Origin: an uncultured Candidatus Rokubacteria bacterium
Lineage (GTDB): Bacteria; Methylomirabilota; Methylomirabilia; Rokubacteriales; CSP1-6
DNA: 64,000 bases
Reading direction: 5' to 3'
NCBI GenBank assembly: GCA_963789955.1
Contig: CAWBMV010000001.1
Location: forward strand, 480,001 to 544,000
The notes below the pieces were generated by a model, which saw nothing but the letters and a program-made list of their open reading frames with translations, was not told the origin of the DNA and ran no database searches. Positions 21,170-33,101 of this stretch are shown in pieces (the stretch's first letter is position 1; each line of letters opens with the position of its first letter). The position numbers and the translations under genes were made by a program.

Positions 21170-22260
21170 TGTTCCGGATCGACCGTCGCCTGCTGCAGAA
21201 CGTCGACTGGCTGCTGCTGGTCACGGCGTTCGGGCTGGTGACGATCAGCACGGTGACCCTGGCGAGCCTTCACGTCGGGCGAGCGGGCGGCAGCGTCGTC
21301 GTGCGGCAGCTCGTCTGGTTCGCCATCGGCCTCGTGGTCATGGTCTTCCTGGCCAGCCTCGACTCCCGAAGACTCGTTCGCGCCGCGCCGGCGATCTACC
21401 TCCTCGGGCTCGCCGGCCTGGCTTCTGTCTTCGTACTGGGACGAACCGTGTCGGGTGCGCGGCGATGGATCGTCTGGGGTCCACTCTCCGTGCAGCCGTC
21501 CGAGCTCTTCAAAGTATGCTTCTTGCTCATGATGGTCTGGGCGCTGACCTCTCGCTGGGCGCAGCCGGTGGGCAAGCTCACCCTGGCCATGATGATTCCG
21601 CTGGTGGCGGTCCCGGTCGTGCTGATCATCAAGCAGCCCGACCTCGGCACCGCCCTCTTACTCGTTCCGGTGCTGGTGATCTTGTTGATCGGGGCCGGCG
21701 TGCGCTTCAAGCTCCTCGGGGGCCTGGCCCTCGCGGCGCTGCTCTCGATGCCGCTCGCCTGGCTGGCGCTCAAGGAATACCAGCGAGAACGAATTCTCGT
21801 CTTCCTGGACCCGTTTCGCGATCCGCTCGGGAGCGCGTACAACGTGATCCAGGCGAAGATCGCAATTGGATCGGGCCAGCTCCTGGGCAAGGGCGTGGCC
21901 GGCGCGACGCAGAGCCGGCTGTCGTTCCTCCCGGAGCGTCACACGGATTTCATCTTCGCCGTATTCGCCGAGATGTGGGGGTTCGTCGGCTGTCTCGTCC
22001 TGCTGCTGTGCTATGTCTTGCTCCTCCTGCGGGGCTTCGACATCGCGGCGACCGCGCGCGAGCCGGTAGGGCGGCTCGTGGCGCTGGGCGCCACGTCGCT
22101 GTTTGCGGCGCAGGTCTTGATCAACGTCGGGATGGTGACCGGGCTTCTCCCCGTCGTCGGGATTCCGCTGCCGCTGATGAGTTACGGTGGCTCCTCGATG
22201 GTCGCCTCCTTCATGACGATTGGCCTCCTCCTTTCGGTACGAATGCGGCAGTTCCAATGA
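21169..22260 (+). CDS. rodA: Rod shape-determining protein RodA (SEDS)
   Basis: GARRWI, QPSE, QPDLGT, FLPERHTDFIF, PLMSYGGSS. Confidence 0.95.
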   Translation: MFRIDRRLLQNVDWLLLVTAFGLVTISTVTLASLHVGRAGGSVVVRQLVWFAIGLVVMVFLASLDSRRLVRAAPAIYLLGLAGLASVFVLGRTVSGARRWIVWGPLSVQPSELFKVCFLLMMVWALTSRWAQPVGKLTLAMMIPLVAVPVVLIIKQPDLGTALLLVPVLVILLIGAGVRFKLLGGLALAALLSMPLAWLALKEYQRERILVFLDPFRDPLGSAYNVIQAKIAIGSGQLLGKGVAGATQSRLSFLPERHTDFIFAVFAEMWGFVGCLVLLLCYVLLLLRGFDIAATAREPVGRLVALGATSLFAAQVLINVGMVTGLLPVVGIPLPLMSYGGSSMVASFMTIGLLLSVRMRQFQ

Positions 22261-22314
22261 GACACGGAGGACGCGGCGGTATGGCGCGGGTCGTCGTGTC
22301 GGCGAGGTGCTGCC

Positions 22315-23856
22315 GTGCGCAAACGGATCGTCGTCAATGCGGGTCTCACCGAAACCCGGGTCGGAGTCCAGGAGGGTAATCTCCTCACCGAGCTGTACCT
22401 CGAGCGGCATCGACACCGCTCGATCGTGGGGAGCGTCTACAAAGGTGTCGTGACGAACGTCCTGCCGGGCATGCAGGCCGCGTTCGTCGACATCGGTCTC
22501 ACGAAGGACGCCTTTCTCTACGCCGGCGACTACACGACCAACCTCGGCGACGTCGCCGGCCAGATGCTCGCCGCCGGCGACGAAGACGCCGACGTCGACC
22601 TCGACGTCGAAGAGCTCGAGCCGCGCCGCGAGACCGCGCCGATCGAAGAGCTCCTGCACAAGAACCAGACCGTGCTCGTGCAGGTCTCCAAGGAATCGCT
22701 CGGGACCAAGGGGGCGCGGATCACGTCGTTCATCTCGCTGCCCGGCCGCTATCTGGTCTACATGCCGCAGGCGCGCCACATCGGGGTCTCGCGCCGCATC
22801 CGCGACGACCGCGAGCGCGAGCGTCTCCGCGCCGCGCTGCGCTCCGTGAATCTGCCGCCGGGCGGCTTTATCTTGAGGACGAACGCCGAGGGCAAAACCG
22901 AGGGCGAGTTCGCCGCCGACGTCGAGTTCCTGACGCGGCTGTGGGCGCAGGTGCAGTCGCGCTTCGAGCAAGCGGCGGCCCCGGCGGTCCTGCACGAGGA
23001 GGGCGACCTCACCTTCCGGGTCGTGCGCGATCTGTTCTCGCCGGAGGTGGACGAGTTCGTCGTGGACTCGCGCGAGGTCTACGACAAGTGCGCCGGATAC
23101 GTCGAGGCGCTCGTGCCCGCGCTCCGCGAACGGGTCCGGTTGTGGGAAGAGCCGACGCCGATCTTCGAGGCGCTCGGCATCGAGAAGGACATCGAGAAGG
23201 CGCTGCGGCGCCGGGTGTGGCTCAAGTCCGGCGGCTACATCGTCATCGATCACACCGAGGCGCTCGTCTCGATCGACGTGAACACGGGCAAGTACGTCGG
23301 CAAGCGCGATTTCGAGCAGACCGTGCTCAAGATCAACCTCGAAGCGGTCGGCGAGGTCGTGCGCCAGATCCGCCTGCGCGATCTCGGCGGGATCATCATC
23401 ATCGACTTCATCGACATGGAGTCGGCGGAGCACCGCGAGCAGGTCTACCGCGCGCTCAAACGCGCGCTGGCCGAGGACAAGGCGCGCACGAACGTGCTCG
23501 AGATCTCCGAGCTCGGACTGGTCGAGATGACGCGCAAGCGCGTGCGCCAGGATCTGCGCGCCCTGCTCTCGGTGACGTGCCCGACGTGCAAGGGGAGCGG
23601 CATCACGAAGTCCGACGCGACGCTCGCCGCCGAGATCTTCCGCACCGTTCAAGCCAAGGCCGCCACGGCCGGAGACGTCAACGGCCGAGAAGTGGTGATC
23701 CGCGTCCATCCCGACCTGGCCCGGTACTTCGAAGGCGACGGGCAGGACGGTCTCGAGCGGCTCGCGCGCGCCGTCGACCGCAAGATCACGATCCAGCCGA
23801 ACTTCCCCGAGCGCGAGGGCTACGAGGTGAGGCTGCGCGGCGGCGCGGCGCAGTGA
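22315..23856 (+). CDS. rng: Ribonuclease E/G family (RNase G-sized)
   Basis: S1 domain GSVYKGVV..VLPGMQAAFVDIG, IDVNTG, RLRDLGGIIIIDFIDM, CPTCKG. Confidence 0.93.
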   Translation: MRKRIVVNAGLTETRVGVQEGNLLTELYLERHRHRSIVGSVYKGVVTNVLPGMQAAFVDIGLTKDAFLYAGDYTTNLGDVAGQMLAAGDEDADVDLDVEELEPRRETAPIEELLHKNQTVLVQVSKESLGTKGARITSFISLPGRYLVYMPQARHIGVSRRIRDDRERERLRAALRSVNLPPGGFILRTNAEGKTEGEFAADVEFLTRLWAQVQSRFEQAAAPAVLHEEGDLTFRVVRDLFSPEVDEFVVDSREVYDKCAGYVEALVPALRERVRLWEEPTPIFEALGIEKDIEKALRRRVWLKSGGYIVIDHTEALVSIDVNTGKYVGKRDFEQTVLKINLEAVGEVVRQIRLRDLGGIIIIDFIDMESAEHREQVYRALKRALAEDKARTNVLEISELGLVEMTRKRVRQDLRALLSVTCPTCKGSGITKSDATLAAEIFRTVQAKAATAGDVNGREVVIRVHPDLARYFEGDGQDGLERLARAVDRKITIQPNFPEREGYEVRLRGGAAQ

Positions 23857-23863
23857 GCCGCTG

Positions 23864-24217
23864 ATGGCCCGCCAGCGCCCGTCGCGGATCAGCCAGGCCA
23901 GGCTGGTCGGTGATCTCAAGCTCGCCGCCAAGCGGGGCGACCGGACGGCGCTGTCCCTGGCGCTCGACCAGATGCGGACCCTGGCCCATTCGCCGCGCTA
24001 CTGGGAGAAATACCTCTCGCTCCTGTCCAATCCGCTCGCGCGCCTCGTCGACCTCCTCGTGATCAAGCAGGGCGACCGCATCGCCTACCAGAAGGGGTGG
24101 AAGCTTCCCAGGCCGCAGCCGCCGAAGCCGAAGGCCGGCCCGAAGGACACCAAGTCGAGCGCCCGCGGCCGCCGCCGCGTATCCGCGACCGAGCAGCCGT
24201 CCCTGTTCGACGTCTGA
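23864..24217 (+). CDS. Hypothetical basic protein
   Basis: 117-aa ORF with host codon use, following rng. Confidence 0.6.
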   Translation: MARQRPSRISQARLVGDLKLAAKRGDRTALSLALDQMRTLAHSPRYWEKYLSLLSNPLARLVDLLVIKQGDRIAYQKGWKLPRPQPPKPKAGPKDTKSSARGRRRVSATEQPSLFDV

Positions 24218-24248
24218 GCCTCGAGCCGATCTCCGAACGCCCCCTCAG

Positions 24249-24291
24249 TTGACAGTGCGGCAGACCGGGACGATACTACCCCCAGGGGGTA
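24249..24291 (+). promoter_or_regulatory. sigma70 promoter with overlapping CsoR operator
   Basis: TTGACA-N17-GATACT, then the perfect palindrome TACCCCC-A-GGGGGTA (24277-24291) of the C/G-tract CsoR operator type. Confidence 0.85.
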
Positions 24292-24309
24292 TAGCCCCGG
24301 AGGGATCGC

Positions 24310-24591
24310 ATGATCAACGAGGAGACGAAGACCAAGGTGCTCGGCCGCCTGCGCCGCATCGAAGGGCAGGTGCAAGGTCTCCAGCGCATGATCGACGGCG
24401 AGGCGTACTGCGTGGATATCCTGCTCCAGGTCTCGGCCGTCCAGGGCGCGCTCGAGCAGGTCGAGAAGCTCTTGCTCGGCCGGCACATCGAGTCGTGCGT
24501 CGCCGACGCGCTGCGGACCGGGTCGAAGAGCGAGCGTCAGCAGAAGATCGACGAGCTGCTCGACGTGTTCGCGCGGTTCCGAGGCAAGTGA
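24310..24591 (+). CDS. csoR: Copper-sensing repressor CsoR
   Basis: RLRRIEGQVQGL..MI....YCVDIL.Q..A...AL......L..HIESCV (Cys/His/Cys ligands). Confidence 0.93.
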   Translation: MINEETKTKVLGRLRRIEGQVQGLQRMIDGEAYCVDILLQVSAVQGALEQVEKLLLGRHIESCVADALRTGSKSERQQKIDELLDVFARFRGK

Positions 24592-27040
24592 TGGCGGAGC
24601 CCCACGCGACCGACATCGTCGCCCCCGTGCGCGGGATGCACTGCGCCGCGTGCGTCGGCAAGGTCGAGCGCGCCCTGACCTCGGTCCCCGGTGTCGATCA
24701 GGCGTCGGTCAATCTCGCGACCGAGCAGGCGACCGTCTCGTTCGACCCGGCGCGGACCAGCGTCGACGCCCTGCAGGCGGCGGTCGCGGCCGCCGGCTAC
24801 GAGCTCGCCGAGCCTCGTACGGGCGCGGGACCCGTGGACGACGCCGCGCAATCGGCGCGCGAGGCCGAGCAACGCAGTCAGCGCAAGCCGCCTGATCGTG
24901 GGCGCCGTGCTCTCGGCTCCCGTGCTGGTCGGTGGAATGGCCCACCTCCTGCCGTGGGTGCCGGCGGTGCTCCAGAATCCCTGGGTCCAGCTGGTGCTCA
25001 CGACCCCGGTTCAGTTCTGGGTCGGCTGGCAGTTTCATCGCGGGTTCCTGCACGACCTTCGCTACCGGAACGCGTCCATGTCGACCCTCGTGTCGGTCGG
25101 GACGAGCGCCGCGTACCTCTTCAGTGTGGCGGTGACGCTCTGGCCCCATGCGTTCCCGCAGCACGGGGCCATGACGTACTTCGACGTGAGCGCGGTCGTC
25201 ATCACCCTGGTCGTGCTCGGGCGCTGGCTCGAGGCGCGCGCCCGCGGGCGAACCTCCGAGGCGATTCGGCGGCTGGTCAGCCTTGCCCCGCGCACGGCCC
25301 GGATCGTGCGGAATGGCGCCGAGGTGGACGTGCCGACCGACGACGTGCAGGTCGGCGACTTCGTCCGCATCCGTCCGGGCGAGCGGGTCCCCGTCGACGG
25401 GGTCGTCACCGAGGGCGCTTCCACGGTCGACGAGTCGATGCTGACCGGCGAGAGCCTGCCCGTCGACAAAACGCTGGATTCGAAGGTGCTGGCGGGCACG
25501 GTCAACCGCACCGGGAGCTTCGTCTTCCGCGCGGCGCGTGTCGGGAGCGAGACGGCGCTGGCGCGGATCGTCAAGCTCGTCGCCGACGCGCAGGGCTCGC
25601 GCGCCCCGATCCAGCGGCTGGCCGATCGAGTCGCCGCGGTCTTCGTCCCGATCGTGCTCGCGCTCGCGACCCTGACGTTTCTCGCGTGGTGGGTCTTCGG
25701 TCCCGCGCCGTCGGCGCTCTACGCGCTCACCAACGCGGTGGCCGTTCTCGTCATCGCGTGCCCGTGCGCCATGGGGCTCGCGACTCCGACGGCGATCATG
25801 GTGGCCACGGGCCGCGGCGCCGAGCTCGGGATCCTCGTGAAGAGCGCGACCGCCCTCGAGCTGCTCGATCGCGTCAACACGATCGTGTTCGACAAGACCG
25901 GCACGTTGACGGTCGGTCGGCTCGTGGTGACCGATGTGATCACCGCGGCCGGCGGCGAGCTGGGCGAGGACGAGATCCTGGCGCTCGCGGCGGCCGCCGA
26001 GCAAGGCTCCGAGCACCCGGTGGGCGAGGCGATCGTGGCGCGCGCGAAAGAGCGCGGCCTTGCGCTGCCGCCGATCAGCGAGTTCACGACGGTCGCCGGG
26101 CCAGGGGATCGACGCGATGGCGCCCGACGGCCGTGTCCTTCTCGGCAACCGCGCGTTGATGGACGCGCGGGGCATCGACGTCGAAGCCCTGAGCTCCCGC
26201 GGCCCGGGCTCTGTGCCGGCGAGGGCAAGACCGTGGTCTATCTGGCCCTGGCTGGACGGGCGCTCGGCGTCATCGCCGTCGCCGACGTGCTGAAGCCCGA
26301 GGCGCCCGACGCCGTCGCGGCGCTCGCCCGGCGCGGCATCGACGTCATGATGCTCACCGGCGACGCCCGGCCGACCGCGGAGGCGATCGCCGCCGGCGCC
26401 GGAATCACGCGCGTCCTCGCCGAGGTCCTGCCCGAGGACAAGGCGCGAGAGATCGCCGACCCTTCAGGCAGAAGGCCGCCGCGTCGCGATGGCGGGCGAC
26501 GGCATCAACGACGCGCCGGCGCTCGCCCGCGCCGAGGTCGGGATCGCGATGGGCTCCGGCACCGACGTGGCGATCGAGGCCGCCGACGTGACCCTGGTCC
26601 GCGGCGACTTGCGCGGTGTGGTGGCCGCCGTCGATCTGTCGCGACGGACCATTCGCATCATCAAGCAGAATCTGATCTGGGCGTTCGGCTACAACGTGGT
26701 GCTGATTCCGGTGGCGGCGGGCGCGCTGTACCCGATCTGGGGCGTCCTGCTCTCGCCGATCCTGGCCGGCGCGGCGATGGCGTTCTCGTCGGTGTCGGTG
26801 GTCACGAACAGTCTCAGGCTCAAGACATGGCGGAGCGAGGCCGACGCCGGCACGGCGCGGATCGATCGCTTCGGCTCCAAAGGAGGCGGGGAGATGGCGG
26901 TCGATCCCGTGTGCAAGATGACGGTGGAGCCCGCTCGGGCTGCCGCGCAATCGAGCTACCGAGGGCAGACCTACTATTTCTGCGCGGTCAGCTGCAAGCA
27001 GCAGTTCGACAAGGACCCGGAGAAATATCTGGCCCGATGA
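24591..27040 (+). CDS. copA: Cu(I)-translocating P1B ATPase with N-terminal HMA and C-terminal YHS domain (several frameshifts)
   Basis: [35 protein letters not shown] and MAFSS; YHS motif DPVCKM...YYFCAVSC. Frameshifts near 24885, 26100, 26200 and 26460. Confidence 0.9.
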
Positions 27041-27930
27041 CGCCGTTGATCGCGCCGGCGCTCCTCCAGGGCCGTGACCGCTACGAGCGCGTCATGGAGG
27101 GATGGGTCGACAATACGTCACGCGGACGCGTTCACCCACACGGTCGTGCTGGGCGACGACGATCAGGCCGTCGAGCTGTCGGTGGTGGCCGAGCCATCGC
27201 CGAGCTATCTGATCCGGGAGGCGCATTGCCGGCGCGCTGGCCGGCGCGCTCGATCCGACGCTCGTGGCGAGCATCGAGAAGCTCTCCGGAACGCCGATGG
27301 TCGGTGGGCTGAGCCGGCGCGTGGCCGAGCTGGCCGGCTCGGGTCCGGGCGCCGCCTTCGTCCTCGGCGCGGTCGTCGAGGTCGCGCGCCTCGCGCGTCA
27401 GACCGCGAAGCTGCCCCGAGAGCGCGCCGAGCGCGCGGCCGGCGGCAATGCCTGGGAGTGCTGGCAGCTCGACATGACCGGCTGGGTCGATCTGCCGAAT
27501 TCGTGCTTCACGTACACCGACGCGGGGCGACGCCTCTTCGGCTCGCGCACGGTCGCGACGCCGATGCAGCCCGACCTCTACAGCTCGCGGCTGGGCCAGC
27601 GGCGGGTGTTCGAGCGGAAGAAGGTCGCGCGACTCGACGCGGCGCGATGGGCGCCTGGCCCTCTTCCACTCGATGCACGACAACGTCCACGGGTTCGAGA
27701 TCACGTACGAGATCGATCTGGCGACCGGCACGATCGTGCGGGCCGAGCACCTGACCCCGCGGCTGCCGTACATGGGCATCTGCTCGGAGCCGCAGCGCAA
27801 GATCACGGCACTTCTCGGCGAGACCGCCGACGACGGCCTGCGACGGCGAATCCAGAACCACCTCGGCGGCGAGACCGGCTGCGCCCAGCTCTACGACCTG
27901 ACGTCGGATCTTCTGAAGCTCCTGAGCTGA
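27037..27930 (+). CDS. DUF2889-like protein (frameshifted)
   Basis: Pieces join into a protein ending [10 protein letters not shown]...PYMGICSEP...[12 protein letters not shown]. Confidence 0.55.
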
Positions 27931-28016
27931 GCGGTCAGGTCGAGCGAGACACGGCGCCACGCGATCGCTTGCGTCGTGGTCGGCCGGCGCGACTGCCATG
28001 TATACTACCTGCCAGC

Positions 28017-29038
28017 ATGCAGTCTCTGCCTGTCGGCAAGCTTCGTGCCGAGACGCTGCAGGCGATCTTCGACAAGCACCACACCAAGGATCCCCGCGTC
28101 GTCGTCGGTCCCAAGGTCGGTGAAGACGCCGCCGTCATCGACATGGGCGATCGGTACCTCGTCGCCACGAGCGACCCGATCACGTTCGCGACCGCGGAGA
28201 TCGGGTGGTACGCCCTGCACGTCAACGCCAACGACATCGCGGTCCGTGGCGCCCGGCCGCGATGGTTCCTGGCGACCCTGCTGCTGCCAGCCGGTGCGAC
28301 CAGCGATGCCTCGGTCGAAGCGCTGTTCGCCGACTTGCACTCGGCGTGCGAGGAGCTCGAGGTCGTTCTCGTCGGAGGCCACACCGAGGTCACGCACGGT
28401 CTCGATCGTCCGATCATCGCCGGCACGATGCTGGGCGAGGTCGACAAGGACAAGCTCGTGACGACGGCCGGCGCTCGCGTGGGCGACGCCGTGGTGATGA
28501 CGAAGGGCGTTCCGCTCGAGGGGGCGGCGATCATCGCGCGCGAGAAAGAGGCGGAGCTGCGCGAGCGCGGCGTGTCCCCGGCGGCGATTCGTCGGGCGAA
28601 GGGCTTTCTCGAAGACTCCAGGGCTCAGTGTCCTGCCCGAGGCCGAGATCGCCTGCGAGCTGGCCACGGTGCACTCGATGCACGATCCCACCGAGGGCGG
28701 AATCGCCACGGCGCTCGTCGAGCTGGCCAACGCCGCCGGGGTCGGGCTTCGCATCGACCGCGATCGCATCATGGTGCTGCCGGAAGGCGCGCGCGCTCTG
28801 CGACGCGTTCGGACTCGATCCTCTCGGCACGATCGCGTCGGGGGCTCTGCTGATGACCCTGGCGCCCGCCGATGCCGGCATCGTGATCCACGCCCTCGCG
28901 CGCGAGTCGATCGACTGTCACTTCATCGGCCAGGTCGTGCCGCGCGAGCAGGGCGTGACCCTGATGAGCGGGAGCCGTCAGGAGCCGATGCCCGTGTTTG
29001 CGCAGGACGAGATCTCCCGGTTGTTCCAGGGCGGGTGA
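28017..29038 (+). CDS. AIR-synthase/HypE-related protein (frameshifts near 28610 and 28790)
   Basis: GEDAAVID, SDPIT, NANDIA, GGHTEVT, MHDPTEGG, DPLGTIASGAL. Confidence 0.82.
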
Positions 29039-29042
29039 CGGC

Positions 29043-30642
29043 ATGCCCCTCGTTGGCTACTCGCATCGCCCCGTCGCGCTCGGGCGGCGGGGCATGGTCG
29101 CCTCGGCGCATTCCTACGCGACGGTCGCCGGCCTCGACGTCCTGAGGGCCGGCGGGACCGCGGCCGACGCTGCCGTCGCGGTGAACGCCGTCCTCGGGGT
29201 GATGCAACCCGAGAACTGTGGCGTGGGCGGCGACATCTTCTGCCTCTACTACGAGGCCGCGACCGGCCGCATCCACTTCCTCAACGGAGCCGGCCGCTCG
29301 GGCTCACGCGCGAGCCTCGAGGAGCTGCGGCGTCGCGGCATGAACGGCCTCCCGGTCACGGGCCCCGCGACGGTCAGCGTGCCCGGCTGCGTGCGTGGAT
29401 GGGCGATGCTCCTCGAGCGATTCGGCACGCGCCCGCTCGCCGAGCTTCTCCAGCCCGCGATCCAGTGGGCGTCTCGCGGATATCCGACGGGGTCGCTCCT
29501 CAGCCAGACGATCCGCGAATTCACCCCGGTCCACACCGACCCGGAATGGCGGCGGATCTTCGTGCCGGACGGGAAAAGCCCGGCGTTCGGCGAGCTCCTG
29601 GTTCAAGCCGACCTCGGCCGTACGCTCGCGCGACCTGGCCGCCGAGGGCCCCGATCTTTTCTATCGCGGACGCGTCGGCCAGGCGATCGCGCGGCGCATG
29701 GAAGCCGACGGCTTCCTCACACCCGACGATCTCGCGGGGCACACCGGCGAATGGGGCGAGCCGATCTCGACGACCTATCGCGGCACGACCATCTACGAGA
29801 CACCGCCGCCGACCCAGGGACTGGTCGCGCTGCTCGGCCTCAACATCCTGGAAGGTCTGTCGCTCGCCGACCATCCGCCGCAGTCGCTCGAGCACCTGCA
29901 CATGCTGGTGGAAGTCGCGAAGCTCGCGTATGCCGATCGTGATCGCTGGATCGGCGACCCGGCGCACGCGAAGGTGCCGGTGGCCGGGCTCCTGTCGAAG
30001 CCGTACGCGGCCCGGAGGCGGAGCGACTTCGATCCGTCGAAGGCCCGGGCCCACGCCTTCGGCAACCCGGAGGGCGACACGACGGGTTTCGTCGTGGCCG
30101 ACGAGCGCGGTAACCTCATCAGTGTGATCCAGAGCCTCTTCAACGGCTTCGGCTCGGGGGTGGTCGCGCCCGGGACAGGCGTCGTGCTGCAGAACCGCGG
30201 CCGGCACTTCAGCATGGACCCGTCGCATCCGGCCGCCCTCGTGCCCGGCAAGCGCCCCTTCCACACCTTGATGGCGTGCATCGCGACCCGCGACAACCGG
30301 CCGGTGCTCGGCTTCGCGACGATGGGCGGCAACGGGCAGGCGATGTTCCATCTACAAGTCCTGACGAACCTCTACGACTACGGCATGGACATCCAGGAGG
30401 CGATCGAGCGGCCGCGCTTCCTGATGGGCGCGTTTCTGCCCGGCGATTCGGACGACATGACGCACGTCGAGGCGCGCGTGTCGGCCGAGGTGCTCGCCGG
30501 TCTGGTCGCCAAAGGCCATCGCGTGAAGACAGCGCCGGAGCTCTTCTGGCGCTGCGGTCACGCTCACGGGATCGTTCTCCGCGACGGCACGCTCATGGGT
30601 GGCGCCGACCCGCGGGGAGACGGCGTGGCCCTGGGATACTAG
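29043..30642 (+). CDS. ggt: Gamma-glutamyltransferase family protein (frameshift near 29630)
   Basis: [29 protein letters not shown] nucleophile, [22 protein letters not shown]. Confidence 0.88.
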
Positions 30643-30644
30643 CG

Positions 30645-31139
30645 ATGCGCCCACTCTTCCTGCTGCTCGCACTGCTCGTGCTGCTGGCCGCGCCGGCGAC
30701 CGCGGCGGACTGGGGGCAGATCAAGCCCGGAGCGAGCACGCAAGCCGCAGTCCGCTCGCGCTACGGTGCGCCGACCCGGGAGACGCCGCAGAAAGTCGAA
30801 GGCTACGACACCGTGCAGTGGCTCTACGAGGGACCGCAGGCGCCGGTCGGGATGACGAGGATGACCGTCGACTTCGGCCTGCTCACGCCGTCCGGTTATC
30901 GAAAGGACGTCGTGCGCACGTTCAGGCTCGAGCCCAAGCACGAGGTCTTCAACCGGAAGCTCGTGGTCGACGGCTGGGGGCCGCCGTCTCGCGTCGGCAA
31001 GGAAGGCGAGCTGGAATTCTTCCTGTACGCGGAAGGCCTGCTGGTCTACTTCGGCAAGGACGAAAATGAGGTCCTGGCCATGATCTTCACCCCGCCCCAG
31101 AAGCTGCCGCCGGCCACGGCACCGCCGCCTCAGCGGTGA
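30645..31139 (+). CDS. Secreted hypothetical protein
   Basis: Signal peptide [23 protein letters not shown] followed by a two-repeat beta-rich body. Confidence 0.7.
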   Translation: MRPLFLLLALLVLLAAPATAADWGQIKPGASTQAAVRSRYGAPTRETPQKVEGYDTVQWLYEGPQAPVGMTRMTVDFGLLTPSGYRKDVVRTFRLEPKHEVFNRKLVVDGWGPPSRVGKEGELEFFLYAEGLLVYFGKDENEVLAMIFTPPQKLPPATAPPPQR

Positions 31140-33094
31140 AGGACGAAGACCTGCGCGGGCTCGACGGTCGGGTGTAGCTCCACGTAGTTCCGCGCTCCGC
31201 GCCACTCGTACCACCGATCGCTGATCATCTCGTGTACGCGGTAGGTCTGGGTTGCGCCGATCCCGAGCTCCGCGATCGGCACGTCGACCGCGCTGGCGTG
31301 CGTGGCGAAGGGATCGAGGTTGACCGCCACGAAGACGAGGTTGTCGCGCTCGGGAGTCATCTTGCCGTAGAACAGGATGTTCGGATCGTCGGCGCCGTAG
31401 AACCGGAGGTTCGTGTAGAGGTGGAGCGCGCGGTTCTCGCGGCGGATCCGGTTGATCCGCGTCACGTAGTCGACGAGGTTGCCGGGCGCATCCCAGTCCC
31501 GTGCCTTGTACTCGTACTTCTCCGAGTTCAGGTACTCCTCCGACCCGGGCTCGCGCGGAACGTTCTCGCATAGCTCGTAGCCCGAATAGATGCCGTAGAC
31601 GGACGAGAGCGTCGCCGCGAGGACGAGCCGCGTCTTGAAGGCCGGGCGGCCGCCCAGCTGCAGGGTCTCGTGGAGGATGTCGGGGGTGTTCGGCCAGAGA
31701 TTGCCGCGGAAGTACTCCGCCACCGGGGGCGTGGTGATCTCCGTGAGGTAGTCGATCAGCTCCTGCTTCGTGTTCCGCCAGGTGAAGTACGTGTAGGACT
31801 GCGTGAAGCCCGACTTGGCCAGCGACCTTCATCATCTTGGGCCGCGTGAACGCCTCGGCCAGGAAGACGACGTCGGGGTGCGCGTCCTTGATCGCGCGAA
31901 TCAGCCATTCCCAGAACTTCACCGGCTTCGTGTGGGGATTGTCCACACGGAACGTGCTGACGCCGTGGCCGATCCAGAACTCGAGGATCCGCCGCATCTC
32001 CTCCCAGAGGGCCGGCGCCGCCTCGCTCTGGAAGTTCACCGGATAGATGTCCTGGTACTTCTTCGGCGGGTTCTCCGCGTACTTGATCGTGCCGTCGGGC
32101 CGGTGGAAGAACCACTCCGGATGCTCCCGGACCCAGGGATGGTCCGGGGAGCACTGGATCGCGAAGTCCAGCGCGACCTCGAGCCCGAGCCGGTGCGCCG
32201 CCTCGACGAAGCCGGTCGAAGTCCGTCGAGCGTGCCGAGATCGGGGTGGACCGCGGTGTAGCCGCCGTCGGCGCTGCCGATGGCCCACGGGCTCCCGGGA
32301 TCGCCGGCGGCCGCGACCAGCTCGTTGTTGCGGCCCTTACGGTGGGCCCGGCCGATCGGGTGGATCGGCGGCAGGTAGACGATGTCGAAGCCCATCGCCG
32401 CGGCGCGCGCGAGCTGCGCCTCGGCTTCCTTGAACGTGGCGCTCCGATCGGCGGCCGTGCCCGAGCGGGGGAAGAACTCGTACCACGCGGCGAACCGCGC
32501 GCGCTCCGGGTCGACGATCACCTCGAGCTCGCGGTCGGCCCACGTCGCTTCGGTTCGATCGAGATACCGGGTCATCAAGGTCGCCAGCGCCGGATCGGAG
32601 GCCACCGCCACCGCGTCCGCCGCCGCCGGCGCCCGCTCGATCCGATCGGCGTAGCCGGCGAGCGCCGTGCGGTCGGCCGCCGCGGTGGCGCGAGCCGCCG
32701 CGGCGCGGATCAGGGCCAGCCCTTCGCCGAGCGCGCTCGCGAGATCCTGGCCCCCGGCGTGGCGCTTCTCGAGGTCGGCGAGCCAGGAAAGGAAGGGCTC
32801 GGTCAGCGCCTCCACCGTGTAGCGATAGCGCCCGGTCGCGGCGAGGGTGAACGCGCCCGCCCAGCGGTCATTGTCGACGAAGCGCATCGGCGTCTCGAGC
32901 CACGCCCGATCGCCGTCGCGTCGATAGCGCAGGTAGGCGACCAGCACGTCGTGGCCGTCCTTGAAGATGTCGGCCGAGACCTCGAGGACCGCGCCGACCT
33001 CGCGCTTGACCGGATAGCGCCCGCCGTCGACGGCCGGCTCGACGCTTTCGATGACGACGGTGCGCCGGGGAGTCTCGATCGCGCGCGCGCTCAC
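31130..33094 (-). CDS. glgE: Alpha-1,4-glucan:maltose-1-phosphate maltosyltransferase GlgE (frameshifted)
   Basis: [68 protein letters not shown]. Confidence 0.92.
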
Positions 33095-33101
33095 GGCCGG
33101 G

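Noticed and set aside
24870..24900. Frameshift just after the CopA HMA domain resembling the E. coli CopA(Z) programmed frameshift
   Set aside because: No slippery heptamer is present, and the starting frame stays open for more than 1 kb instead of ending in a short chaperone. It looks like one extra A.
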